Below, one piece after another: positions 15,928 to 25,361 of a stretch of 32,000 nucleotides of DNA. The DNA is from Promethearchaeum syntrophicum (GTDB lineage: Archaea; Asgardarchaeota; Lokiarchaeia; Sigyniarchaeales; Promethearchaeaceae). A program made the translations under genes and the position numbers. The number at the start of each line of letters is the position of its first letter. Positions within the stretch are counted from its first letter, which is position 1. Where the stretch lies: contig NZ_CP042905.2 in NCBI RefSeq assembly GCF_008000775.2, positions 690,001 to 722,000 of the forward strand. Reading direction: 5' to 3'. A model generated the notes under the pieces. The model was not told the origin of the DNA and did not search any database. It worked only from the letters and a program-made list of their open reading frames with translations.

Positions 15928-17184
15928 ATGGAAGATTTTGAAACCTATTTCCAGCAATTAATTATTAATGAAGAAGGTGGGATTAGGTTCTATTCTTTTG
16001 ATTCCAAAAAATTTAGTAATACGGGGGTTGCTCTCAAAAAATCTATGCCCGTATTTTATAACCCAATTCAAGAATTTAATCGATCAATAACATTGATCGC
16101 ATACAAAGCATTCCAACAGATTTCAGAATCCGATAAAAACTTTGAAATTCTTAAAATTTGCGATTCTATGGCTGCTTCTGGTATAAGATCAATCCGACTT
16201 TTTAAATTTCTTAATAAACATGTCCAGATTATTGCAAATGATTTAAATCCTCTGGCGTTGAAAATTATTCAGAAAAATTTAGCATTAAATAGTGATATAA
16301 TTACGAAGAGTGATATTGAATTATTAAATCAAGATGCACACTTTTTATTTGAAGATTTACAAAATAAAAGAAATTATCAAAGTATTATTGATATCGATCC
16401 GTTCGGAACACCTAATATTTTTATTGAAAGTGCTATTAAAGCCGTATTTTTAGAAGGGCTAATAGGTATTACAGCTACTGATACTGCTGTACTTTTTGGG
16501 GTACGACCTAGTGCTTGCTTAAGAAAATATAACATCAAAAGTCTACGATCTACCTTTTTAAAAGAAGTTGGTCTAAGAATTCTTCTTTATTATGCAGCAA
16601 GTCGCGCTCATCCACACATGAACTATATTGAACCTATGCTTTCTTTTAGTTCTGATCACTATATTCGAGTTTTTATTAGAATTCATAAGGGAAAAACAGG
16701 TATTAATAAAAATTATAAAAATTCGGGGTATATTTTTTGGTGTCGGAAGTGTGATTGGAGAATGAGCATTGGAATGGACTTACATGAAGCTTCGTTTTTT
16801 TGTCCTATTTGCCAATCAAAAGTAGATTATGGAGGTCCCTTATGGATAGGGTCTTTAAATAATCCCGAATTTGTTACAGAATGTATTAGAACTCTTGAAA
16901 ATTCAGAAATATCTGTTATTCCATCGAAGAAAAAAATCCTCAAGATTTTAAATATTATTTTATCAGAAGATAAATTTCCACCAGGATACTATGATCTTCA
17001 CAAAATTTGTGACATGTTAGGTATAAGTGTTGCAAAGAAAACCGAATTAATATTAGAATCAATTAGAAATCTTGGCTATAACGCTGCACGAACTCATATC
17101 GAACCCCGTGCAATTAAGAGTAATATTCCTATCGAGCAATTGAAAAAACTTTTAATTGATTTTCATAAAAAAATTGTTATTTGA
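15928..17184 (+). CDS. trm1: tRNA (guanine(26)-N(2))-dimethyltransferase Trm1
   Basis: Track ORF starts 15835; MEDFETYFQQLIINEEGG at 15928. FYNPIQEFNRSITL, DSMAASGIRSIRL, IANDLNPLAL, IDIDPFGTPNIFIESAIKAV, TATDTAVLFG; zinc ribbon CRKC/CPIC. Confidence 0.95.
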   Translation: MEDFETYFQQLIINEEGGIRFYSFDSKKFSNTGVALKKSMPVFYNPIQEFNRSITLIAYKAFQQISESDKNFEILKICDSMAASGIRSIRLFKFLNKHVQIIANDLNPLALKIIQKNLALNSDIITKSDIELLNQDAHFLFEDLQNKRNYQSIIDIDPFGTPNIFIESAIKAVFLEGLIGITATDTAVLFGVRPSACLRKYNIKSLRSTFLKEVGLRILLYYAASRAHPHMNYIEPMLSFSSDHYIRVFIRIHKGKTGINKNYKNSGYIFWCRKCDWRMSIGMDLHEASFFCPICQSKVDYGGPLWIGSLNNPEFVTECIRTLENSEISVIPSKKKILKILNIILSEDKFPPGYYDLHKICDMLGISVAKKTELILESIRNLGYNAARTHIEPRAIKSNIPIEQLKKLLIDFHKKIVI

Positions 17185-17929
17185 ATCCTTTATCAGTTAA
17201 CATCCATGACCAAACTTTGGGGATTGGGAGATTTGAGTCATTTTTAGTAACGAAAAATTTCATCCTTGAAATTTGTGGTGTTCTGTCTATTTTCACTTCA
17301 AAAGAAGTCCAATAATCAATAATTTTACCTCCATGAGGAATAACTTGAGAAATTTGTTTTTCATTTTGTTTTACTGAGAAAGTATTTAGTAAAACAACGG
17401 GAATATGATATTCCGTTTGAATTTTTTTTAGAGTTGCCAATATTAAAACTAAATCTTGATTCATTCGTGTATTTTTCAAATCTTTTCCTAATTCAAGCAA
17501 ATATAAGCTCGCAATTTCATCTACTATAATCAATCCTACTTTATTTTGCTTAAAAGATTCAAAAAGTTGTTGTATTTGTAAAGACCATTCTAGAACAATC
17601 TCTTTTTGTCTATAAAATGAGGGTGAATGCCATAATAGAAAGTTAGAGTCGGAAAAATCTAAATTATCTTCTAAAATTCTTCTCAATAATTGATCTATCG
17701 GGCTAAATTTTGTATATAGATAAAATATTTTTAAATCGGCTTTCTGTTTTAGGATTTCGTGGGATAATTGGGTGGCAAAAGTCGATTTTCCAACCCCGAC
17801 ATCTCCCCATATCATGGATATAGAGGGATTTTGGAAAAATTTTGGAACAAAATCACTCCAATTAAGAAACGAAATGATTTCTTTTGAATTTTTCTTAAAA
17901 TCATGGTAATCTCTAATTTCATCATTCAT
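17177..17929 (-). CDS. RecA-superfamily ATPase, RadB-like
   Basis: 250 aa; Walker A MIWGDVGVGKSTFATQLSHE, Walker B GLIIVDEIASLYLLEL, GGKIIDYWTS. Confidence 0.75.
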   Translation of the reverse strand: MNDEIRDYHDFKKNSKEIISFLNWSDFVPKFFQNPSISMIWGDVGVGKSTFATQLSHEILKQKADLKIFYLYTKFSPIDQLLRRILEDNLDFSDSNFLLWHSPSFYRQKEIVLEWSLQIQQLFESFKQNKVGLIIVDEIASLYLLELGKDLKNTRMNQDLVLILATLKKIQTEYHIPVVLLNTFSVKQNEKQISQVIPHGGKIIDYWTSFEVKIDRTPQISRMKFFVTKNDSNLPIPKVWSWMLTDKGFK

Positions 17930-18002
17930 ATTTTTTTTAAAACCCTCAAGCTATATCTATATCATTAATATTTAAATTATTAAAATTTATATCTTAAATT
18001 AG

Positions 18003-18656
18003 ATGTCAGAGTTTTGTATTTATACTAATAATGCACGCCTATTCTACAAAATAACTAAGAAATTTAAAGAGGAATCCATTAAATTTAGTGCAATTGATTC
18101 ATTTGAGCATCTTAATCCAAAATACCGTGTGTTACTGACTACCAAAGAAGATTTGGAAAAATATAATCCTACAATCCCAAGCTTTATAACTTTACTTAAA
18201 GTCAATTCTGACCAATCTCTTGATGAAATTGTACTTTTAACAAAACAAAAACTGAAATTTATTAATAAATTTAATGATCTCATCATTGCAATTGACCCTG
18301 GGTCAATGACTAGTGGAGTTGCTGTTTTTTTAGACGATATATTCATTTATAGTAGAGATTTTTATAATATCAGTCATCTTTTAAACTATATACAAATTGT
18401 ATTTTCCACTTTTCAAGATCATCAAAAAACTATAAAATTAGGAAATGGCAATTCAGAAATTACTGGCTATTTTTTAGATAAATTATACACAATTCAAATT
18501 CCAGAAAATAATATTCAATATCTATTAGTAGATGAATACGGTTCCTCGCACTATAAGGGGAATGGATCATCATCTTTACTTTCAAAGCATGAAAATGCTG
18601 CAATATTAATCGGAAGAAGAAAAGGTGTTCTTCTAACTTCTTCTCTATTAAAATGA
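18003..18656 (+). CDS. Predicted RuvC/RNase H-fold-like protein, uncharacterised
   Basis: 217 aa; LIIAIDPGSMTSGVAVFLDD (RuvC/YqgF-type strand 1), IQYLLVDEYGS, SKHENAAILIGRR (C-terminal acidic helix position). Confidence 0.6.
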   Translation: MSEFCIYTNNARLFYKITKKFKEESIKFSAIDSFEHLNPKYRVLLTTKEDLEKYNPTIPSFITLLKVNSDQSLDEIVLLTKQKLKFINKFNDLIIAIDPGSMTSGVAVFLDDIFIYSRDFYNISHLLNYIQIVFSTFQDHQKTIKLGNGNSEITGYFLDKLYTIQIPENNIQYLLVDEYGSSHYKGNGSSSLLSKHENAAILIGRRKGVLLTSSLLK

Positions 18657-18657
18657 T

Positions 18658-19851
18658 TTAATTCAAATCTTGTCTGATAGAATTCAATTTTTGATTTTTA
18701 GGAACCTCGGATGGATATTTACTAAATAATTTTCCCCATTCGGTTTTATTATATTCCCGAATTCGCTTTTTACCAACAGTATTAATCCAAAATAAGTCAT
18801 GGTAAATTGCACTTAGCATTACAGGGCCCATATTAAATAGAAATGTGTGCATTAAAGGTTCCAAGAATTTAAGTTTACCCTTCCTTACCATTTGATCTCC
18901 CCAAATAACTAAACTCCTGGATACTTCAAACTTCCAATTCTCATCTTTTGCATCTTCATCACCAATTATTTCAATTTGATCAGTATCTCCACAACCCAAA
19001 CCTGCATCGTGGCACATTTTAATATACGGCATCTTCCATGGATCAAAACCCATCATTTTGGCAGCAAACGCATCAACAGCAACTTGATCATAACCACACA
19101 TGATATAATTTTTAATTTTTGGAATCATACATCTCGGTCCAGGACCATCACCAGCAACTGTTCCATCAACAACCGCCATAATATTCGGATGAATTTGTTT
19201 TTGGATAGCTAAAAGATCATGGAGAACCTCGCTCATATATTGATGTGAAAAGTGTCGTCGTTTAGTTAATAACCCACCAAAAGAATTTTTAATAGAACAA
19301 GTTATTCCACCTTGACTTTCTTGATTATTTTTATTAAAATCTCCACCTTTTGCTCCTGTGTGGCCATGAGTTTTAAAAGTAGGGAGATGAATCATATTTT
19401 TCCCGATATATACTTGTGGAATAGAAAATCCTTCCGGAAAAATTTTTGAGTCTAAAGCTTTCAATGGGATTTTTGATTTGAAAGGAACAAATTTAACACG
19501 CGTTAATGGGACGAAATAATTATTATATTTTGTAATAATAGGTGTCCACTTATTTCCTTTTAATCCACGAGCAATATTGGTTACTACAGTTCGATTTTCG
19601 CAAGTAAAGACATTTTTACTGGGAAAACCATCCATTTTTAATTTTCTCAGAACACCTTCAACTTGCCAAGGAGGACTGGAACAAGCAGGATAATATTTAC
19701 TCCATGATAGATTCAATTTGACCATGGTTTTCTTTTCGGGTTTGAAGAAATTCTTGTATCCTGCCATGTCTAAAAGATCTGAATAATCTTGTAAAATTGT
19801 TTTCGAAGATACTTTTTTTATATATATTCTAGGTTTTTCGTTATTCGCCAT
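18658..19851 (-). CDS. DUF362 domain-containing protein
   Basis: 397 aa; MVKLNLSW, IHLPTFKTHG..GGITCSIKNSFGGLLTKRRH, MAVVDGTVAGDGPGPR, GYDQVAVDAFAAKMMGFDPWKMPYIK. Confidence 0.85.
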   Translation of the reverse strand: MANNEKPRIYIKKVSSKTILQDYSDLLDMAGYKNFFKPEKKTMVKLNLSWSKYYPACSSPPWQVEGVLRKLKMDGFPSKNVFTCENRTVVTNIARGLKGNKWTPIITKYNNYFVPLTRVKFVPFKSKIPLKALDSKIFPEGFSIPQVYIGKNMIHLPTFKTHGHTGAKGGDFNKNNQESQGGITCSIKNSFGGLLTKRRHFSHQYMSEVLHDLLAIQKQIHPNIMAVVDGTVAGDGPGPRCMIPKIKNYIMCGYDQVAVDAFAAKMMGFDPWKMPYIKMCHDAGLGCGDTDQIEIIGDEDAKDENWKFEVSRSLVIWGDQMVRKGKLKFLEPLMHTFLFNMGPVMLSAIYHDLFWINTVGKKRIREYNKTEWGKLFSKYPSEVPKNQKLNSIRQDLN

Positions 19852-19869
19852 TAATTTATACTATCTCCT

Positions 19870-20814
19870 TTATGATTGAATAAAAAATGCCCAAGAACCG
19901 AGTTCCATATAGAGAGAAATTATCCCTATTATTCCTAATAAGATGCCTCCAAATATCATACCTTTATCTGTAATTAGTTTTTCTGCATTTCTTACAATTT
20001 TTGGGTTAGCTTTTACTAAATATATAAATCGATATATTAGGTATAATGCTACTGGGGTGCTATAAACTAACAAACCTTGGTTTTCCAGAGGAATTATTGA
20101 TCCTTCTTCAAGTGGACCTAATACACAGTAAAGGGTATACATAACAAATAATGCTGTTGCATTTAAAATTAAGAAATTATTTAATAAAGGTGTAGAATAT
20201 GAATCGTAAATTTTTTTATGGTTTTTTGCATTCTCAAGCCCAAGTAATACTAAATCAGCAATTCTTTTCCCAGTAGCTAAAAACAATGCGGTTAAAAATA
20301 CTGTTACAGTCAACCATGGGGAAATTCGTATATTAATTATTGCACAACCCGCAAGAGCTCTCCATATATAATTTGTGCTTAATCCGATTATATCAGCAAA
20401 TGCAATTTTTTTTAAAATGAAATTATATGCAAATCCATTTGCAATTAAAAACAGAAGTAAAACCAAAAATAGTAAATTTTTAAAATAAATCATCGAAACA
20501 ATAAATACAGCCACTATTAAAATTAAAAGAATAATGGCTACTATTATAGAAAGTTCTCCATTAGCCAATGGTCTTTTTTTAATTTTTTCGGAATGAAGTT
20601 TATCAGATTCAAGATCTTTAATATCATTAATGATATAAGATATGGAAGAAGAAAGACATGTTACAATAAATGCAAGAATTAAATCTGGATAAATACTAAA
20701 ATCAAACAATCTACCAGCGAAAAATATACCAATGAACATTATCAAATTCTTGTAGTATTGTCTAATTCGTAAGAGATTAAAAACCGCCAGGATTTTATTC
20801 ATGATTATCAACAT
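19870..20814 (-). CDS. UbiA-family prenyltransferase, decaprenyl-phosphate phosphoribosyltransferase (DPPR synthase)-like
   Basis: 314 aa; RIRQYYKNLIMF, SYIINDIKDLESDKLHSEKIKKRPLANGELS, second motif NHKKIYDSYSTPLLNNFLI; multiple TM segments. Confidence 0.75.
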   Translation of the reverse strand: MLIIMNKILAVFNLLRIRQYYKNLIMFIGIFFAGRLFDFSIYPDLILAFIVTCLSSSISYIINDIKDLESDKLHSEKIKKRPLANGELSIIVAIILLILIVAVFIVSMIYFKNLLFLVLLLFLIANGFAYNFILKKIAFADIIGLSTNYIWRALAGCAIINIRISPWLTVTVFLTALFLATGKRIADLVLLGLENAKNHKKIYDSYSTPLLNNFLILNATALFVMYTLYCVLGPLEEGSIIPLENQGLLVYSTPVALYLIYRFIYLVKANPKIVRNAEKLITDKGMIFGGILLGIIGIISLYMELGSWAFFIQS

Positions 20815-20825
20815 TTTCTGATTTA

Positions 20826-23402
20826 TTAATTAAAAAATTTTTCTGGGTGAATCTGACTTCCAATTTTATTCATAAGATTAGTGAAAACACTGATATCTTT
20901 TACATTCTGAATGACAATTTTTGGTTTTTGAATATAAACTACATCAATTTTATTTTTTTCAATAATAAATTCTTCGTTAAAATTATTCTTAATGGAAATT
21001 TTGGATATATTTCCTTCATTATATTCAAAATTTTCAATTTTTCCATCAATCTCGGCGTTTACTGCCTTTTTAAGAATAAAAACAACATCCAACTTATGTT
21101 TAGCATAATATTTTAAAAAATCATCCTCAAATTTTTGGGTAGCCTCATCGTTATGGAAATTAAAATAGAAATCCCCGTGTTTAATCACTAAATTATCCTT
21201 TGAGAATTCAAATTCGTTGGTTTCCACTTCATTAACTTTTTCTGTTTCATTTTTTTCGGTAGGGACTAATTTTAATGTATAATCCAAATAATTTTCTTTA
21301 AATATGACTTCATCCAATTTATACATTTGATAAGTACCTTGTTTTTTTAAAAATATGTGCTCTCCTTTAATTGATTCCAATTCCTCATATGATTTAGGCA
21401 TATTTCTCTTCTTAAAGATTGGTATTTTAACTTCATCAAGTGTGCTATCCTCATTATTATTGGAGATTTTCTCAAAAATTGCTACTCCTGTATATTTTTT
21501 TAGATATTGTGATGATTTTTTCTTATTTTTTCCATTTTTGAAATAAACAGCATCTAATTCAATATTTCTTAAACGTAAAATTCCTTCTTTCCTATATTTG
21601 TAGTGTTCTCCATAAGTAAGTGGCATTTCCTTATGAATAAATGGGTTAATTATTTTTATTTCATCAGGATTTTTCCCTAGAATTACCTTAATTTTATATC
21701 GTAATGGTTCACTAGCATTATCAACATAGAAAATATCTTCTAACTTGCCGAATAATCTTTCATTCGTTTTTAAGTTCAGAAATGCATATGTTTTACCTAT
21801 CTTATAACTTAATTTTTCTTTTAATTTTAGCTGTTCTGCTACATTTTTAATATTTTCAATTTTAAATTGCTTTTTTACTTTAGTTGTTGCCATATTCATA
21901 TATTTTTGCCGCGTTGCGTCAGTTTTTACAAAATACGCTTCTGCTTTTTTCTTTCTTAAGAAAATAATAGGCATTAATGCTTCATAGGTTGTTGAAATAT
22001 CATTTTCATCTAAGGATGCAATAATTCTATGATAACTTGGAGGGTGTGCGTTAATAAAATTTGACAGTAATCCACCCTTTGAAGGTTTTATAATCATTTT
22101 ATTAAGGTATTGTGCAGTTGACATGTAATTAATTAATCGGTTATTTTCAGATACTTTCTCATCACTAAGTAAAGTTGCATCTAATCCAATTTCATGAGAT
22201 GCAGCATAAAAACTCTCGAGATTGTACAAACCTCTTGCAAGTTCTTTTCCATATCCTGCTTTTTTTGTATTTTTATCTGCTGTTGCTTCAAACATTCTGA
22301 CAAATGTATAAAGAAATATACTTATACCTAAACTAATTAAAATAAATACAAATAATGGAAATGGTTGGTCATCTGGGTTAAATGTGTAATCATAATAGGT
22401 TACTGGCCACTTCAATAATTTAAATACTAATATTTCACCAATCGAAATTAATGTTAGACTTAATGTATGTTTTCCTTTTAAATGCGCCAATTCGTGTGCA
22501 ACAATACCTTTTAATTCATCTTCAGGTATATCTTTAAGATTAGGGGCAATTACAGCCATTCTCATGTCCCAGAATGCACCATACGCCATTGCATTTATAA
22601 TGGGATATTTTCCAAACCTTATTTTAATTTTTTTAGGATTCATACCCATCTTAACTGCAACTTCTTCAATAATGCGAGTTAATTCAGGATCATCCGATTT
22701 CTTATACCCCATTAATAAATCAATTAATGGTCCAGTGAAAATGTAAACTATTACATTTGTAATTATTATAACTTCATAAATATAATCATAGAGACTAATT
22801 TCTGTGAAGGGAATGGTTTTAATTGAACTGATTGCAAGCCAAGCTACGAGATAAAGTGCTAAAGTTAAATATTGCGGGGACATAAAACGAAAAACAACCA
22901 TATACTTCCTCCCAAAAAAAGCAAATCCCAGAATCAGCATTAGCCAAAATGACATTGAAAATGCTGTATCACGCCATAAACCATCCTTCGCTAGAATTGT
23001 ATCTAATATACCAGCGAAAAAAATGAAATTGTATGTAATTACTGTGATTAAAAGGATTTTGTTTAGAACCTCATATTCTTTCAATTCATATATTCCAAAA
23101 ATTAGATATAGTGAAAAAGATCCAATAAATGAGTTCATGATATCTTTAGTGAATAGATAAACTGTAATAAAGAGAAAGATAATTACAACTAAATCACTCC
23201 AATCACTTCTTTTACTATTTTTCACCCATGAGATTCCTTCGTTTATTAAAAATATGAATGTAATTCCAAAAGCTATCCATAAACCAATGTCTAAAGGGGT
23301 GGTGGGTAATGAAATATCGGTAAAAATAAATAATGAACTTATAATTCCGATTGTTGCTACTATAAATGAAATTAATAAAACTATTTGTGTATTTTTTTTC
23401 AT
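20826..23402 (-). CDS. M48 (HtpX/Ste24-like) membrane metalloprotease with long C-terminal extension
   Basis: 858 aa; N-terminal polytopic TM region, GIVAHELAHLKGKHTLSLTL (HExxH), EATADKNTKKAG; ~320 aa after about nt 21810 not assignable. Confidence 0.85.
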   Translation of the reverse strand: MKKNTQIVLLISFIVATIGIISSLFIFTDISLPTTPLDIGLWIAFGITFIFLINEGISWVKNSKRSDWSDLVVIIFLFITVYLFTKDIMNSFIGSFSLYLIFGIYELKEYEVLNKILLITVITYNFIFFAGILDTILAKDGLWRDTAFSMSFWLMLILGFAFFGRKYMVVFRFMSPQYLTLALYLVAWLAISSIKTIPFTEISLYDYIYEVIIITNVIVYIFTGPLIDLLMGYKKSDDPELTRIIEEVAVKMGMNPKKIKIRFGKYPIINAMAYGAFWDMRMAVIAPNLKDIPEDELKGIVAHELAHLKGKHTLSLTLISIGEILVFKLLKWPVTYYDYTFNPDDQPFPLFVFILISLGISIFLYTFVRMFEATADKNTKKAGYGKELARGLYNLESFYAASHEIGLDATLLSDEKVSENNRLINYMSTAQYLNKMIIKPSKGGLLSNFINAHPPSYHRIIASLDENDISTTYEALMPIIFLRKKKAEAYFVKTDATRQKYMNMATTKVKKQFKIENIKNVAEQLKLKEKLSYKIGKTYAFLNLKTNERLFGKLEDIFYVDNASEPLRYKIKVILGKNPDEIKIINPFIHKEMPLTYGEHYKYRKEGILRLRNIELDAVYFKNGKNKKKSSQYLKKYTGVAIFEKISNNNEDSTLDEVKIPIFKKRNMPKSYEELESIKGEHIFLKKQGTYQMYKLDEVIFKENYLDYTLKLVPTEKNETEKVNEVETNEFEFSKDNLVIKHGDFYFNFHNDEATQKFEDDFLKYYAKHKLDVVFILKKAVNAEIDGKIENFEYNEGNISKISIKNNFNEEFIIEKNKIDVVYIQKPKIVIQNVKDISVFTNLMNKIGSQIHPEKFFN

Positions 23403-23482
23403 GAATTGGTTTAGCTAAAGATTGAATTTCAAATTAATTTTTATATTTCATTTGTTTAAAGCTATTATCGAAGGTATAGATA

Positions 23483-24238
23483 ATGCTTCCTATAGAAAAA
23501 ATCAATTCAATCGATCAACTCAAAGAAGAATATGGTGACAAATTACCAGTACACTTAGGAATTATTTTAGATGGCAATCGTCGTTGGATAAAAAGACAAG
23601 GTATCAGAGACACATTTAAAGGTCATTTAGTTGGTTATAATACCCTTAAAAAAATGATCTACTCTTCATACGATTGTGGAATTAAATACTTGAGTGTATA
23701 CGCATTATCGACTGATAACGTAGCTAAACGTTCAGAAAAAGAAATTAATTATTTATTTCAGCTTCTTCTGAAAGGAATAGAAGAAGTTTTTGAAGAACCT
23801 CTAACTTTTGAGAAAGAAGTTAAAATTCAAGTGTTTGGTAGAATTGAAGATTTATCTCAAGAATTTCAAGAAAAAATTAAAAAAATCCAAGATTCAACAA
23901 AAAAACATAATAAATATTATCTAAATATGTGCATTATTTATGATGGACAAGAGGAAATTGTTGATGCAGTTAAGAAAATCATACGAAAAGGTATACCACC
24001 TGAAAAAATATCAAAAGAAATTATAAAACAAAACCTTTATACTCACAATATTCCTGAGGCAGATTACATTATTAGAACCGGAATGGAAGATGGTGCACGT
24101 ATTTCAGGTTTCCTATTATGGGATTCTTCTTATGCAGAATTCCGTTTTCGAAATGAATTATGGCCAGATTATAATGAAAAAATGTTAATTGAAGATTTAA
24201 AAGAATATATTAGAAGAAACAGAAGAAAAGGAAAGTGA
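23483..24238 (+). CDS. uppS: cis-prenyltransferase (undecaprenyl/polyprenyl diphosphate synthase family)
   Basis: 251 aa; HLGIILDGNRRWIKRQG, LSVYALSTDNVAKR, IIRTGMEDGARISGFLLWDSSYAEFRF. Confidence 0.93.
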   Translation: MLPIEKINSIDQLKEEYGDKLPVHLGIILDGNRRWIKRQGIRDTFKGHLVGYNTLKKMIYSSYDCGIKYLSVYALSTDNVAKRSEKEINYLFQLLLKGIEEVFEEPLTFEKEVKIQVFGRIEDLSQEFQEKIKKIQDSTKKHNKYYLNMCIIYDGQEEIVDAVKKIIRKGIPPEKISKEIIKQNLYTHNIPEADYIIRTGMEDGARISGFLLWDSSYAEFRFRNELWPDYNEKMLIEDLKEYIRRNRRKGK

Positions 24239-25345
24239 TCATAATAAATTTCTAAGAATAATTTCAGAACTTCTATGATTTTCCCATAATTCTAAGAAGG
24301 ATTTTAGCCTTTCATCATTTTGAAAGATTTTTTCTCTTAAATTGCGTTTTTGCTTCAAAATCGATAGAAATGAACGATCTAACCTTTTAATATAAGTTTC
24401 ACCCATTTTCTCTTCCCTATCTCTTTTCTCACAATAATTTATTGTTTTAATTGCAATCTCTGCAGACATCATTGCATATGGAATACCTTTTCCACTTATA
24501 GGGTCAACCATTCCTCCTGCGTCTCCTACAGCAAAGACAAAATCTTTGTAGAGTATAGGACGCACCCCTACCGGAATAAGATGTGGCGTATATCTGATTA
24601 AATTCGCATCTTTAATAGTGTGATTTACAAGGGGAATATTAAGGAATTTATTAAATTCACTTTTTGTATGTTTAATTTTGCCAATTTGATTACCCCATCC
24701 TACAGTTAATGCATCTTTTTTTGGAAATAACCATGCGTAACCTAAAGGAATAAAATCTTTAATCCCAAAAAATAAGTGAATTTCATCATTTCCTAATCTT
24801 TCATCAATTTTTTTTTTATTTAATTCCATCTCTTGGGTGAGTGTTAAAATTAAATCCTTTTTATCGAATTTCTCCCAGTATAATTTACTTAATGTAGGAG
24901 AATTTACTCCATCGGCGGCTATTATATATTTTGCGGAATATTTTGAATTTGAAGTTCTGATTAGATATCTAGAATTTATTTTTTTTATTTCAAGTAATCC
25001 TTCATTTTGCTTTAATTCCGCCCCACTGGTAATAGCCATATCAGTGAGGAATTTATCAAATTTATTCCTCCAAATAACTGCTCCTTTACCCTTTTTTGAA
25101 TAAATATTTCCGTCAACATGATGAAGAATGAGTTTTTCTACCATTCTATCGATTTTTTCCTCAGGAAATTTTATTTTATCTATTAATTCCCAAGCCATGG
25201 CACCTCCACATGCTTTATATCTTCCATTTTTCCCTAAATCTTCTTTTTCTAATAAACAAATGGAATACCCTTTATCAGCAGCGATTTTTGCAGCAATTGA
25301 TCCTCCCGGTCCTGCTCCAACTACGATAATATCGAATTTTTCCAT
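24239..25345 (-). CDS. Geranylgeranyl reductase family FAD-dependent oxidoreductase
   Basis: 368 aa; DIIVVGAGPGGSIAAKIAADKG, CGGAM, YIIAADGVNSP, FVFAVGDAGGMVDPISGKGIPYAM. Confidence 0.9.
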   Translation of the reverse strand: MEKFDIIVVGAGPGGSIAAKIAADKGYSICLLEKEDLGKNGRYKACGGAMAWELIDKIKFPEEKIDRMVEKLILHHVDGNIYSKKGKGAVIWRNKFDKFLTDMAITSGAELKQNEGLLEIKKINSRYLIRTSNSKYSAKYIIAADGVNSPTLSKLYWEKFDKKDLILTLTQEMELNKKKIDERLGNDEIHLFFGIKDFIPLGYAWLFPKKDALTVGWGNQIGKIKHTKSEFNKFLNIPLVNHTIKDANLIRYTPHLIPVGVRPILYKDFVFAVGDAGGMVDPISGKGIPYAMMSAEIAIKTINYCEKRDREEKMGETYIKRLDRSFLSILKQKRNLREKIFQNDERLKSFLELWENHRSSEIILRNLL

Positions 25346-25361
25346 ATTAATCCCATTATCA

